Assembly: GCA_047495785.1 (NCBI GenBank)
Contig: JBLDXI010000042.1
Span: forward strand, 3,038,001-3,102,000
Direction of reading: 5' to 3'
DNA: 64,000 bases
Source: Lepidodermella squamata
Taxonomy: Eukaryota; Animalia; Gastrotricha
The notes beneath the pieces are model-generated. The model saw only the letters and a list, made by a program, of their open reading frames with translations. It was not told the origin of the DNA and searched no databases. This document shows, one piece after another, positions 11,479 through 24,839 of this stretch. Each line of letters begins with the position of its first letter. Within the stretch, counting starts at the first letter, position 1. The position numbers were made by a program, and so were the translations under genes.

Positions 11479-13207
11479 GTTATTTAGCAATTGAAATGCG
11501 AAACTGTTGTTCTAGAGAGATTTACTTTGAATTGAATATTTAAGAAATGTGTACCTTATAACTTGCGTCTTTGGAGAAGATAATCATAAGAAAATGCCGG
11601 GGTGACAGGCGTAATCTTTACCTGCTTCGCACCACAAGATCGATTTTCAGACACTTTTTGCATCTTTGCCGCCAAGGTAATTGGCAAGTGCACTTTGCCA
11701 CGCTAGACGCCCCATAGGTAATTACAGGTAGGGTGTATCATTTTCCACCAATTATTATCACCAAATTTTGCGATAATTAAGCAAAATTTGATTAAGAATA
11801 GCTATACGGTTTTAAAATATCGCCAACAAACGGGGAGAGAAATGTTTAAAAATAGAACTATAGTGGGATTTCATATCAAAAATAGTTAAAATTCTCGCGC
11901 CATAGTTTGGCGTGAATTCAGACTGCTTATAAAAGGAACAATCCATAAAAATGTGTCATTTAATATTTTTCTAAAAACTTTCTAATTTCAAAATTTTCTA
12001 AAACTTTTTGTAAGCATATCTCTTATAGGTAGTGCACCACGTTTTTTTAACAAAATTGTTTTTCAAATAATTGTCATGTTCTTGTTCTCTAATTAGGTAT
12101 CTAATAATAATCATAGGTGGGCATTATTCGGAAAATCGCAGAAAAACTGCAGAATTGTATGAATTGTATGATAATTTGAAAAATGGGCCCAGCACTTAAT
12201 TTTTCAGATTCTTTACGATTTCGGCGTTTTCGTTTTTTGGTCGATACTGATGCCCTCCCTGAACCTAGAATTTTGTATTTCAGCTATATTTGGCGCTCTA
12301 AGCTACGTAGAAAAATTATCGATGTTGGGTTTCAAGACGGCTGATATCGGAAAAATCACCGATTTGTAAAAACGATACTTGGAATCGATATCGGCTCTGC
12401 AAGCTAAGTATTACTCGTAAACTGACCGCTTATAGCTTATAAACTACGCGTAATATGAAGATCTATCAGTTAGGCCTGATAACAAAATATTTAGATTCTA
12501 GTGAGGGCATAAAACTCGAAAAACAAAGTGGAAATATAGCGCTGGAATCTCAAAATTAATGCTGGAACCATAAATTTAGGGTGCGCACTTGCCAGATCCT
12601 TGAAAAATGCAAATTGGCAGATGAAATTTTCATCTTTTGGCTCAGCTTTCACTTTTGGTTTCAAATTTTGTTTCGCTAAAATTGTATATGTAATGTCCCA
12701 AATTAAAACGCGGCAAATTCCTGTAGTTAATTTTACACCTTCCGCCACCTCGAAAAGTTCTTCAAAGTCTACTCAGAGTAAACAAGCCCCATACCGCAGT
12801 TACGCCGACTATCGCGATATAGCATGCGTTATCAATTGCGATAATCACATGTCCCGACCGGATGCAGGCGCGGCGAGGATTAAAACCGACATCGGTAGCA
12901 AGAACGGCGGTTCCGGTAAAAATTACCACGCGCGCGCGCGGCGCCGCCTTAAAACTTCAAAGGCCGCACACATGTTACCGCGTTTATGGTACACGATAGC
13001 GATGTCCCGTTATCAGCTAAAAATAGCAGCCGGCACCTAAATTCCGCATCTTTGCTACCAGTCCTAGCTTTAAAGAATTGAAGTTATTAATGAATAGGCG
13101 ATTCATTTATTTCCTTACGACCTGGTTTTGGCGCGCGCAGGCATGTTTTTTTTCCTTTCGAATTTCTTCTCATCACTATTATCAGTCATAAAAAAAATTA
13201 CGTTATA

Positions 13208-15343
13208 CACTTTTCTATCGTGCACATTGGGCATTATTATATAGTGTGCACGACGGCCGTGCACGATGAAAATGTCAGTCTCACTTTTGTCAGGCTTTAA
13301 AAATCATTTCGGTCGATTTTAAAAATAACCGGGCAGAATAAAACGGTTAAATTTTATATCAGCATTATCGGGCTAAGGAGGTCTATGTAATGGATCAGAT
13401 CATTTATTTACAATTTGTCGCGTTTAAAATTTAGCTGTGCACGACGGATCTTGCACGACCTAGTAAGGACCAGTAATTAAATCGCCGATAATTACCGCGC
13501 CCGTACTCAAACATATATAATATAGGGAATAGTGCGCGCACCTTGATTGAGGTTATTAGCGCGCGCGGGACGCTGTACTCAAACATGAAACCGTATTTAT
13601 TACCTTATAAATCGGTAAAATCAGAAATAATATTTCTTGTTTTGAGATTTTAATTTTAATTTTTATTGGACGCGCCTCCTTCGTCGGCGCGAGCGCGCTA
13701 TTTTAATTTCTACCAACTGACCCATCCTTCTCATTTCTACATTTTTGATCTATAGCCATCAAGGCCGAGAAGCGTCCAATTGGGTCTGGTTTGTTGCTAC
13801 TAAAATCGGGAAAATCAGACAAAATATTATTACCTTATTTCTTGTAATTTTTGTTTAATTTTTTGTGGACGCGCCTCCTTCGTCGGCGCGAGTAATATTT
13901 TTAAATAATTATTGGGAGCGCTCAGCGCATTGTTCTTGCGTATTTGCGGTTTCATTTTAACTCTTTAATTCAATCTGGGACACGCTCCCTGCGGTCGCGT
14001 GTTCGTTTTAAATTGGGTCATTTATTTTCTCTCGTGGCTACCTCATTTTTTAATCTGGTTTATTTATTGTCTTCAGGGCCATTGCTTGATAATTATAATT
14101 GAGATAATAGGTAAAATCAGGAATAATTTTTTTTACTGGACGCGCCCCCCTGCGGTCGGCGCGCATCCCTGTTTTTTAGGGTCATTTATTGTCTCTTTGG
14201 CCGCAAAGAAGCGCGTGCGCAATAATAGTGACCTGGGTCATTTATAATTGTGTCAGGTCAATTATCGGAGCGCGCCTCCCTTCGGTCGGCGCGCACGTGC
14301 CATCTTCTGGGTTTCGGTTTTTTACCGGGTTAGGAATGTGACCCAGGTCATGAAATTATTACGGGAGCGCGCCTCCCTTTGGTCGGCGCGCATATGCCTT
14401 TATACAGGGCTTGAGATTTTATTACAGGTAATGGAATGTGACCTGGGTCACGTTTTTTGGCAGGGCCGGGCGGACGCGGCAGGGGTCTCATTAATTTTAC
14501 GCGGCAGCCCTATGGAATCCTAGTGGGCTGCCGCTGCGGCTGTCGTGATCAACAAAAAAGGGTGTTTTCCTCTATTTTCGGAAAAAGTTGAAATTTTCAA
14601 AAAATCGTAGAAAATCAACGGTTTATGACAGGGCAATTTGGAAATCAGATTCCAAGAGACAATTTGCGACTGAATATGGAAAAAATTAGCAAGACGTAAG
14701 CACACCTCCACAGCGAATAAGCGACAGGTCTATTGATGTCTTATCAAATGAAAAATGGGTGTTATTTTCAATAATTGTAATTTTCATATATATTTAAATA
14801 AATTTAACCAGAATCAAATGGACGCTTCTCGGCCTTGATGACTATAGATCAAAAGTGTAGAAAGAGAAGGATGGGTCAGAAAGGCATCCTAGTTATCTAT
14901 TTTTTTCGTAATTTGGAATTTGCATATTTTACGGCTATTTATAATGGCCTTGTTCCTTCGGTCAATCTCTACAAATTTGAAATGAAATGATGAAAAATAG
15001 GTGAACAAATTTCTCTGGCGCCTTGACCTATATTTCGGAATACGCGCGCACTCAGGTAATTAGCGTGGCCGACTATATTATTGCTGTTAATTATGGGCTG
15101 AATTTTATATAATTTTTATCTCGCTGATTTTTCACTCGATTTTCATCGGGTAAAATTTGTTAGTCTCCGCTTGGCGAATATTATGTGGCTGCAAATTTTC
15201 AATTTTTTTAAATTAAAATTGTGAGAATTATAGCGTTTTGAAATTTTAAAGTACTGGCATGTGTGAATGACCTAGTGCGTGTGCACGATGGCCTGGTAAC
15301 AGTCGTGCACACTAATATTAGGCACTGTGCACGAAAAAAAGTG
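13208..15343. mobile_element. Nested non-autonomous inverted-repeat elements with an internal GC-hairpin array
   Basis: Outer imperfect IR 13208-13260 / 15298-15343 (CGTGCAC motifs); inner ~75-bp IR 13717-13792 / 14805-14879; about six GCGCGCC..TTCG/TGCG..GGCGCG hairpins. Confidence 0.65.
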
Positions 15344-15511
15344 CGCTTGCATCATTGTGTACTAAACGCATAGATAAGTAAAAAATGATGACTAAACGCG
15401 CATCAGTTATTGGGTCTTCGTCGTTAAAAAAATCGCGCCGATTCTCTAAGGAAATTTATTACCAATAACTGGAATAATTATTGCTTTTTCATAGATTTTT
15501 AATAAATTACT

Positions 15512-16132
15512 ATGCATCGCCATTTTCCGACCGATAGCGCGTCAAACAAGCGATTCCGTTCGAATGAAAACATCGAGAATAACGCTGAAATTTCGGCGAT
15601 GAGTACTCCGTCGAAATTTATGACCCTTGCGCAACTCTACCTGCCAGTTAGCCGCATCGCAAGCCCTGATGACCCGGTTCAATTTGATTACTACGAAGAC
15701 GCGACTAATAATAGCAACGACCGAGACCAGTTCGAGCAGTGTCAAATCAGTTTTCCTGAGATAGAAAGCGAGGAGGATGAAGCTGAAGAAAAGCGCGCGA
15801 GTGTGATTTGCTGCCATTTCTGCTCGACTGGTTTCGCTACGCCTGAACAGCTTCACCGTCACGAAGTTGCCGAGCATTCAGCTACGAATTTCAGTTTTAC
15901 TTCAAGCGAGTCGGCGAATAATTCTTCGATAAATTCGACGATTAATTCGACGACGACGGCGGCGGGTAAATTCAACTGCCCGGCGTGTTGCGGCGATTTT
16001 AGCGCCACGTCAGAGTTTTTGCGGCACCTGGTTGTTGCGCACCCTGAGACGCGCCAGTTTCCGTGCCCGGTTTGCTGGCAGACCCAGTCGACGCTGTTCA
16101 ACATGTACTGCCACGCGTTGTTGCACTATTGA
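15512..16132 (+). CDS. C2H2 zinc-finger protein (3 fingers, 206 aa)
   Basis: CHFC..HEVAEH, CPAC..HLVVAH, CPVC..HALLH; GC-rich coding bias. Confidence 0.85.
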   Translation: MHRHFPTDSASNKRFRSNENIENNAEISAMSTPSKFMTLAQLYLPVSRIASPDDPVQFDYYEDATNNSNDRDQFEQCQISFPEIESEEDEAEEKRASVICCHFCSTGFATPEQLHRHEVAEHSATNFSFTSSESANNSSINSTINSTTTAAGKFNCPACCGDFSATSEFLRHLVVAHPETRQFPCPVCWQTQSTLFNMYCHALLHY

Positions 16133-16549
16133 CGCGGCCCGCGACCAAATCCTTGCTGGTGAATATGTGTGAATTTGTGAAAATTATTGCTCAATGATGA
16201 TTCGCTCCAACTTCCTTTCCTTCCCATTTTATGTACTTTACGTGCCGTGTAAATACGTAATAGATATACATCGCTCAACAATAAAGCTGACAGTTGATCA
16301 ATTATTCTGCATTTTTCTAGAATCTTTCCAACAAATTCACCATGAAAAGGGCATAGGAAAAGGTTACGCGTCCAAAAATGACCTAGAAAATGATAAAAAA
16401 AATCCTAAATTGAGAGGGCAATACAATCAGGGTTTCACCGCTACATTTTCACTGATTGTGGCTATTCGAATTTTAAATTTTCATGTTAGTCAATAGGTGT
16501 CAATATTATTCGTGTTTTACGCTGTCGGCCATCATTTTACGAGTTATAC

Positions 16550-16665
16550 AGAGCCTGCAGAGCCGATATCGATTCCAAGTATCGATTTTACAAATCTGTG
16601 ATTTTTCCGATATTGAAATTCCAATAAGCCAATATAGAAAGTGTTACTGCCAAGCTGATGGTACT
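16550..16665. repeat. Dispersed repeat family (GAGCCGATATCGATT...GTGATTTTTCCGATAT)
   Basis: Related copies near 1860-1930, 12340-12405 (reverse), 33483-33640 and 41945-42005 (reverse). Confidence 0.7.
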
Positions 16666-16763
16666 AGGTAGCTCTTATAAAAACCAGGATCTTGTGAGGC
16701 ATCAGTATGCGAAAATCGAGAAACAATCGGGAAAGGAAGCTATTTAGTGCCGAAGCCTCAATC

Positions 16764-17140
16764 GGGTCCCCCACAGAGCAGCAGGCTTTAAAGCAGGGAA
16801 AACGCACTAAACAGTCCTCTCAGCAGGCGCTCAGGCTTAGCCTCTGATTTTCAACCAATCGACTAACATGATGGTCAGCTATTCTAGCTTTTCACACTAA
16901 AAATTGAGGAACATAAGTCATCAAAACTCCGTAATGTGACTCAGACCTCACTTTGGTCGAAAAAGTCGTTTTTCGAAATTTTTTCAAAATTCATAAGCCG
17001 TACTACTAAAGTCATGATGAGTCCATATTCAGAAAACTACGCCGAATTTTATCGTAATTAATTCGATTTATTGTTGCGTGGCGTTTGCACCGCTTTTTGA
17101 GTTTATCCTGCTTTGAAGCCTGCTGCTCTGTAGGGGACCC
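16764..17140. mobile_element. MITE with ~40-bp TIRs and 8-bp TSD
   Basis: GGGTCCCCCACAGAGCAGCAGGCTT / AAGCCTGCTGCTCTGTAGGGGACCC; TSD CCTCAATC at 16756-16763 and 17141-17148. Confidence 0.9.
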
Positions 17141-18719
17141 CCTCAATCGTTTGCTCGTCTCAAATATCAAATCTCAAATCTCAGCGACGTGATCCTATTT
17201 TAAAATTCGGATAGAAAAATGAAACCATAATAAAATATTTCCAATAATTCCAATTAGGTTCAATTATGTATTTCAGTTTTCGAGTCAAATAATGTTCACT
17301 TTCTAGGCTTTCCCGATTTAACCATGAATTTTCAAATTACTTATGAAAAATATTACATCCTTATAATATCATGGCTTATTTATTTCAAAAACTTTCAAAC
17401 TCTGCACCATTTTATTATTTGCACGTTAGAATTATTTCAAATTGCAGGGTGTCAATCAGGTGACATTGTAGAGCAATATTTTGATGATTCAACATTAAGG
17501 CGGAATTGTCAGGCCGAAATTTTGCAGCACGCCAGGCTGATGCAATCCTGCGAATCAGTTGTCTGTATGGACGGATGTGACGCGTTGCAGCTGGTGTTGC
17601 AGTAGCTTAGTAGTGAGAAAGAGAGGTTCCGCTTGTTCGGCTGATTTTTTAAAAGTCTTTTCAATGCAGTGAGAAGAGCACGTGCTGCACCACTGGCCAC
17701 CACAAACAGCATATCGTTGTTTTTGCTGCTAGTTTCATTTACTCGATTATGTTTGAACATTCTCAGCAAAGATAAATATGATGTACGATGCACGAACAGC
17801 ATGACAATTTCTTGAAAATCTCCCTTCCTTTGAGAATTCACGTCATTTTAACCTAACTAGAGGTTTCTTTCACTATCAATTATCAATTGTAAGGTTAAGA
17901 AAAGTCAATAATATACTGTCCTTATAGTTCTTCCTTAATTTTTATTGAAAATCTCTTGAGGTTTCCTAGCAAGGCTTCGCGCAAGGCGTCCGGTTAATTC
18001 AATCAGAATGAGGTTTCCTATAGCTGATAGGTAAGGAACCAGGAACCCGAATAAGATTTGCAAATCTTGAATCAACTTCATCTATTCGGAATTTCAGGTA
18101 GGCTTGAGATAGTTATAACTTGGGGTAGTTTAAAAGGCTTTTGAAAACTTGACCTGATTTCGCGGACACTAATATGTACCCTTGTAATTCTGCTGCAATA
18201 TTAGAATTATAATCCACCCGAAAATTGTCTAACGTATTTACCCTATAATAATAGTAGCATGAAGTGGATCTTTTTCAAAGGGTTCAACAATTTATTTCTA
18301 ATGAAATTAGTTGCTGAAAATAAAGATAATCTTGCAGAATCCTAATTTTCTGTCATGCATGCCATGTCCTTAAAATTGCCCCTTTAAATTTTTTTTGGTA
18401 GGAAAGGATAGGTCAAGGCTAGCCATTGGTCGATAATATGTCAATAATTTGGAAAAAATGACTTTAAATTGAGAAATATGCTATGCCTATTTGGCCTGAT
18501 TTTTCGCTTCTTTTTAATACATTCAATAGATATTTTTTGTCGGATTTCAACAAAAAATAATGTTATTGTTAGATCAGTGTCAAGCGGGGTTGAAGTACGT
18601 AATATAAATAGCTCTCGCTTAGTCACCCTTTCTTATACACAGATAAAAATGACGAATTATTAAAGCCAGTGCAAAACCGACTAACTATTCCGCCTATTTT
18701 TAGGCTAGTTTTTTGCAAA

Positions 18720-21700
18720 ATGGATCTTCGTTTAAGAAAGACTGACAACAACGATTCCGAGGCTGGTAGCGTCAAGAGCCAGCCGATTTTCAGCACGCCG
18801 AAGCCGATGGATTACGACATTCCTTCAACCTATACAGCCCCAGCTTCGCCAGCTACAACCGATTCGACCTACATCGACATTCTAGGAACGCCAACGCAAC
18901 CGATTCGCATGCATAGCAACAACAGCGAGGAAGCCGAAATAATCGACGAAGCCAACGAAAGCAGCGCCGAATCTCACAATTCTACGTCGAATTTTGTGAA
19001 AGAATCATCGAAATCTCCGAAAATTGCCGGGGCCTACAGAGTGGTGAATGGGCGTTATGTCTGCCAATTTTGTGATAATACCTACGGCGCCAGGCGGTCT
19101 CTTCGCGACCATGAGCGTAAAATGCACCCCGAGCAGCTGGTCAACGCGCCTTTCTCGTGCAGCCGCTGTTCGTTGTCGTTTTTCAGCAAGGTGTCCCTGG
19201 CGGCGCACGTGCGGTGGTCGTCGCTGTGCCGCAAGTCGCAGCGTGGCGGCGGTAAGGCGACGAGTGGCGGCACGCCTAGCAAGCGCCGGTCAACCGATGA
19301 GAATATTATCGCGCAACTCGATGCCATGTCGCCTGTTTCAACTACCAGATACGTTAGTCATTTAAAATTATTGGCTGCAGCCTTTCATACTTCATATTTA
19401 TTTTTCATTCAATTCGAGCTGGAAACGTAATGCGGACACTTGTTTTCGGTTTTAAAAACAAAAAACTGGGTTCCGAAAACGTAGCCAATTTTTTCCGCTT
19501 GAAAAATAGTGCAGAATCTTTATAATAACGAATTCGTATGATGCCAGCAAAAAACGTTCTCTATAAAATAATAGTTCACTACAAACGAGAGTTTGCTTGA
19601 TTTAGCTTTATTGGGATTTTCTCGATTTTCGGCACTGATCCGATTCGGCTGAAGATTCACGATAGGAGTCATCGCATGGAGAATTATATTCTTCAAGAAT
19701 TTCTAATTTGGCTTCTTAGCCTTCATTTCATTGCAGTTAATCGACCTTAACCAAGCCCTAACCCTAAACCTAACCCTAACCCTAACCCTGACTTCTAACC
19801 CTAAACCCAACTCTTTTTTTAAATTAAACCTGCCGAGAGATATCGCGATTTAACCGAAGAAATTAAACATTTACAGGAGAAAACCCCGATGGTAACTGGT
19901 TCGGCAATTTTCGGTATTTTGCCCGCTTGGACCAAATTACTGAGGAATTTTTTACCCCATCCACAAGTGATATGATTGATTACTATTCCAGTGATTTATT
20001 TGAAATTTTTCAACATTTTTCTGGCCATGAGATGTGACTTTCATTTTAGAGTTTCGGAACCATTTTTTGCTAACGTTACTTACGTATGGGACACGCAGTT
20101 TGTATGAAATTCTAACAATTTCATTCATAATTATGTATGAAGAAAGTATATTATATTGAGTTCAAGAGCCAGTGAAGATGATGGGTATCAGTGGTGATGA
20201 AAGATCGCGATAAAAATGTGAGATTTTATCAGGAAATTAATCAATTTGTTTCTAAAATTCCCCGATTCCACCGAAAGCAAGTTTGCCTGGAAAATTCTGT
20301 TTCGGTAATTTTAGAAATTTCACCCGCTAAGAGGTTTCTCCGCATTATTTTATTTCGATCGACAAATGTCGTGCTTAGTTATCCGTCTCACGACATTTGG
20401 AAGTTGGAGGCATTTTATTCCTTATGTCTTTATTTGTCTTTCATGCCCGGCTGCGTTCTCACCGGAGCAATCGATCACGAAAACAACTTGTTAAGCCAAG
20501 ATTTCGACGATAAGTAGCGTGCGCCATTATTGCATTATCATCTGCGATCTGGCTCATCTGCAGTTTAATAGCTCTAATATGTCATGAAGATGTCCACCTG
20601 AATTTTAGTTCACGGCGATAATAACAGAATTATTTCCGCTTTCATAGTGACATTTTTTTGAGCCTGAAATTTCTAAGCCGTCTGATGCTAATGGTTATTG
20701 AACGCTGCGCCCTGGTTTCGGCCTGCAACCTTATTTCCACAGACTTAAATACCTACCGGCCGGAAATTTCATATAATTTATCCAATTGGCTTCGACTTGG
20801 ACCTTTGGCTTCTGATGATAATGAAGAAACTGATCCGGAAAAATGAAAACCAAAAGAGTTTTTAGCGGAAACAACTACGACTGTAGTGGTAGCAAAACTG
20901 GGCCCTGAAATAAACTATTTTGCGGCTATAATTGCGGCAAAGCTCCAAATCCACTGAAATTGAAACGAACAAGTGCGCGGGTAAAAATTAATGTCGATTT
21001 TAACAAGCACTTAGCGCCGCCAACTTTTTTGAAGCCGGAAAAATCAGCAGCTGAATTATCTCCCTAGGGGTAAATACCGAAATATTCCCAGAAAATGACA
21101 TTGCTGGCATCTGATCAATGCAAAACAGGGCTCAAGTTATTAGGATATTATATTTATAGTCCTGCCCTTTATTTCGAATCTGCCAATATTCTTTGCACTT
21201 GGCCGAAATATTCGGTTGCTACAGTTCGGTTGTAGTTCGAAATTGTGCGATTTTCTTGGCATCGGTAAACAACTGACATACTATGCGAGAACCCTATATT
21301 TATTATTCTAAATTTTATTTTTGGCTCGTTATTCTGAGTTCATATGAGGTGATACGAGTTGCGAATACTTTGAACTTGGAATCTTGATATCATTAGCCTG
21401 GTCCAAAGGTTCAGCAAGTGCATTTCTCCAAAAGATTCAGCGTAGCTATTTTGATGCTTCTTCTGTTGTTGTTACTGCCTCTTTTATGAAAGCACGAATT
21501 TACGAACCATCCCTATGGGTATTGCTAAATATTCCCAGGGTTTTATCGTCTTTAATACCGATATTAATACCGATCGGCGGAACCTGAATAGATAGCAGGT
21601 GCTGCAGGAAATTCGAACAAATAGAACAGATGGCTTAGTAATTCGGTATTTGCGGTGATATTTAAAAAAATCCTAGTTAAAATGTACATATAAATTAATA

Positions 21701-23825
21701 ATATTATTAATAATATCGACATTGCGCTGAAAATTTGAAAAAATCGAAGCTCACAAAGTTGGGAAAACACACCATATGAGCCGCAAAATATTACAGGTTC
21801 TTGTAAAAATGCAATTTTATTTACGAACCAATTTATGAACATTTTTATGGAATTGAAACTTATGGTTGCAATTATTCAAACCACCAGCAGGATTTTTATA
21901 ATCGATAAGTCGATAAGCGCGTTGTTACGTTGAAGTTCTGCAAGAGCGATCGGAACTATCCACAGACTTTTTCGACCATCTTCGCATCGTTTTTGAATAA
22001 GGCATGTTCTTGGTGAAGACAATAACATCGATAACCAAGTCGATGAAACGGTTGAAAATAGATGCTGACATTTTGAGGATTCAGAAATGATAATTTTCAA
22101 GATTGAAGATTATTTAATATAGCCCTTACAGCAATTGATATATTGTCTTCCCGGACCTATTTAGTATCACCCGTAATACCTTCAGCTGTCAATAACTAGT
22201 TATCCGTCACAAATTTTGCCCTACCGATGGATTTTCTATCAGTAGCTTTTACCGCACTATAATAGCAACCAGGGGTTTTAATTGCATTAGGGTCATTAAA
22301 TAATAAAATTCAAAATGACAACCATCGACATAAAAATCATCATAGTTTGTGGAAATATTTTGTGGGGGAGGAATTGGATCATGAAGCTGCTGGCTATACT
22401 CAAGCCACAATTTGATAACCACGTATCATGACAGCGCTTGAGTAATTGGTCAAACGGTAGCATTGTGACATAATTAATGTATTGGATATGGATGTATCCT
22501 CAATTTTTTGTCGTTTCGTTATATTAAAGAACAACATGATGGAAATAGGCATATCTCGCCTACTTTTGGGCCAATTAAATCTACTACAAAAATAGCAATT
22601 TGTATCGCACTACGTAGGACGGGTTCCGGTCGGCAGGGGAAAGCCGCACAAGGTGTGAACTGACCGAAACTAGTTTCAATGATTAAATCGAGGGAAAGTA
22701 AGCATTAAGAGAGCGCTAGGATGTCCAGGGGTGCTGCTAGATTATTTTCAAAATTTGGCACTCAGCACTAGGAAGTACCGCCAACTGGAATGACTCAGTG
22801 TGGTCATAGCGTGTCCCAAAAGTTGCGCAACTATTTTTTAATTTGGCAACTTTTTGCAGGAAATTCAACTAATTTGTTCAAATTTAACCTAACGAGAGAA
22901 AATTTCTACTTTTATCCGCAATTTAACCGAAGAAATGAAAAATTTACCGGGTAAAATCGGGAAAACCCCGATGGTAACTAGTTCGGTATTTTTCGGTATT
23001 TAACCAAATTTCTCCGGACTTTTTAAATCCCATTAAAAAGTGGCACACTTGATTACTGTTCTCGGGTTTTTTTTAATTAAAAAAAAATTTCTGGCCATGA
23101 GAAACTTCGTCTCTGATATTGGAGTTTCTGAACCCGTTTCCGTGTATTTCCTTTACTTCCTTTACTTATGGGACATCGTGTATGAATGGACTACCGTTGA
23201 ATAGCCCAGGGAAAGGCCAACCTGGACGTGAAAAACACAACCTTTTTAATACAACCTATTTAGGGATAGCAGGTAAATTTTTGAGGAAATTTCGATAAAT
23301 GTATATTTTTATTAAAACTTCGATGAATGCCCAACCGAAGCCGTCTAATCGAACTTCGAATCATAAGCCATTTTCAGATTGCCCTTCCTCCAGGCTATCC
23401 AACGGTACCCCACTCATAGTGTCTCAACGTTAGCATCTTTTCGTTTTTTGAACATTGAACATCGAACATTGCCATAGTCACAATAATTCTGGCAAATAAA
23501 TTTCTACCGATCAACTTGCCAGCCATGATTTCATCGCCAATAAATTATTTCTTATTTAATTTAGTTGCGTAGCAAGTCATATAAACCACAATCAAGTAAG
23601 CCGGATCAGCAGTGGCAGCTACAGCGAGTTGATAGCCGGCGGTTCATGTGTAACTTCTGCGCCAACACGTTTTACGCCTCACTCGACGAACTGCTGATGC
23701 ATTTCAAAATCATCCACTCGAGAAATTTCAACGAAGAACAACTTGCCAACTTCAAGCTCCTCTTTAAAATCGCTGATCGTAGTGACAAGTTAAATCATCT
23801 TGGTATCGAAGAATTCGGACTTTAA
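18720..23825 (+). CDS. C2H2 zinc-finger protein; exon 1 18720-19352, probable last exon 23565-23825
   Basis: Exon 1 has CQFC..HERKMH and CSRC..H..C fingers and ends TAC|gttagt (phase 0). Position 23565 follows a ttaatttag acceptor in phase 0 and encodes CNFC..HFKIIH. The joining of the two exons is inferred. Confidence 0.65.
19757..19810. repeat. Short degenerate (CCCTAA)n telomere-like tract
   Basis: ccctaaccctaaacctaaccctaaccctaaccctgacttctaaccctaaaccc. Confidence 0.8.
19820..20100. mobile_element. Partial copy of the ~370-bp CAGCGTGTCCCA-TIR MITE family
   Basis: Shares CCCCGATGGTAACTGGTTCGG...CTGGCCATGAGA...TATGGGACACGC with 22807-23180, 34699-35010 and 38870-39135. Confidence 0.75.
21925..22071 (-). 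CDS. Microprotein S4 (48 aa), orphan family
   Basis: MSASIFNRFIDLVIDVIVFTKNMPYSKTMRRWSKKSVDSSDRSCRTST*. Confidence 0.8.
   Translation of the reverse strand: MSASIFNRFIDLVIDVIVFTKNMPYSKTMRRWSKKSVDSSDRSCRTST
22807..23180. mobile_element. Full-length Tc1/mariner-like MITE (CAGCGTGTCCCA TIR family)
   Basis: Ends tagcgtgtcccaaaagt and acttatgggacatcgtg|ta; four copies in the window. Confidence 0.75.
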
Positions 23826-24314
23826 AATAATAATGCCAACTTGTTACAATTATTGCGAGAAATTTGATTGGTATAATAAAAATTAAAAGCTTTGTGATTT
23901 ATTTTGCTATTTATGGGCTTCAGATAATAATACAATTATAGATTATAGGAAGATCATTTTGGCTGGAATTTTGCCCAGCTTTAAAAGTCCTGCCTTGAAT
24001 TCCGGTCCTGCCCTTTGAAAAAGTGGAAGCACAAGTCGGAAAAGCGCACTCGATAATTTTCAAGTTGAAGAAATATGACCGTTTTATTTAAAAAAGTATA
24101 ATTGAAACTTTCGGACTTAAGTATAAACGATAAGCAGAATATATTTTACCGGAACCAAATTTACGGCGAGCGGAACCAAATATGCTGCAGCCGAACCAAG
24201 CTCAAAATAACCAACGAGTCACTTTTTGAATAATTTTAGGAATTATTTGAGGCAAATCATGCTTTCAGAATTGAAAAACCACGTCTTACGCAGAATTTTA
24301 CGCTGAATTAAATA

Positions 24315-24726
24315 CCGTAAATTGGGGTGACTTTGCACAGTGGGGTGACATTGGCATATCAAAAATCGAAGGTGGATAGGTAAAGACCCCACGACACACG
24401 AGTGGGGTACCGTTGGATAGGCCAAGAAAAGGCCTGTCTAGATATGTACATTGCAACCTATTTCGGGACAAGAAATTAAAGGTAAGATTTGGGCAAAATT
24501 GTCGAATTTTTATATTTTCGGTAGAACATCCGTCGGTGCTCAACCGAATCCGCCTCATATAAATTAAAATCATATGCCATTTTCGGAGAACCCATCTTTC
24601 AGGCTATCCAACGGTACCCCACTCATGGGGTCTTTACCTATCTTCCTTCGATTTCCGATATGCTAAAGTCACCCCATTTTGGTATGCTAATGTCCCCCCA
24701 CTGTGCAAAGTCACCCCAATTTACGC
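24315..24726. mobile_element. TA-flanked Tc1/pogo-like MITE with long TIRs
   Basis: ta|CCGTAAATTGGGGTGACTTTGCACAGTGGGG ... CCCCACTGTGCAAAGTCACCCCAATTTACGC|ta; related fragment at ~23195-23425. Confidence 0.85.
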
Positions 24727-24839
24727 TAACTACTAATGATTTGGAATTAAATTGGTCAGTCATGGAACCCTTAAAATTTCCGAACAGTGGTTGTAGGCCC
24801 AATAAAAATTTCCATCGATAAGTACCAAGCGCGATGTCG

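Noticed and set aside
11030-11494. Numerous antisense or alternate-frame ORFs overlapping real genes (here and over the lipase, iGluR and C1GALT genes)
   Set aside because: Shadow ORFs of well-supported coding sequences.
17448-17605. Exon-like Cys-containing stretch after a possible acceptor
   Set aside because: No upstream exon or family could be assigned.
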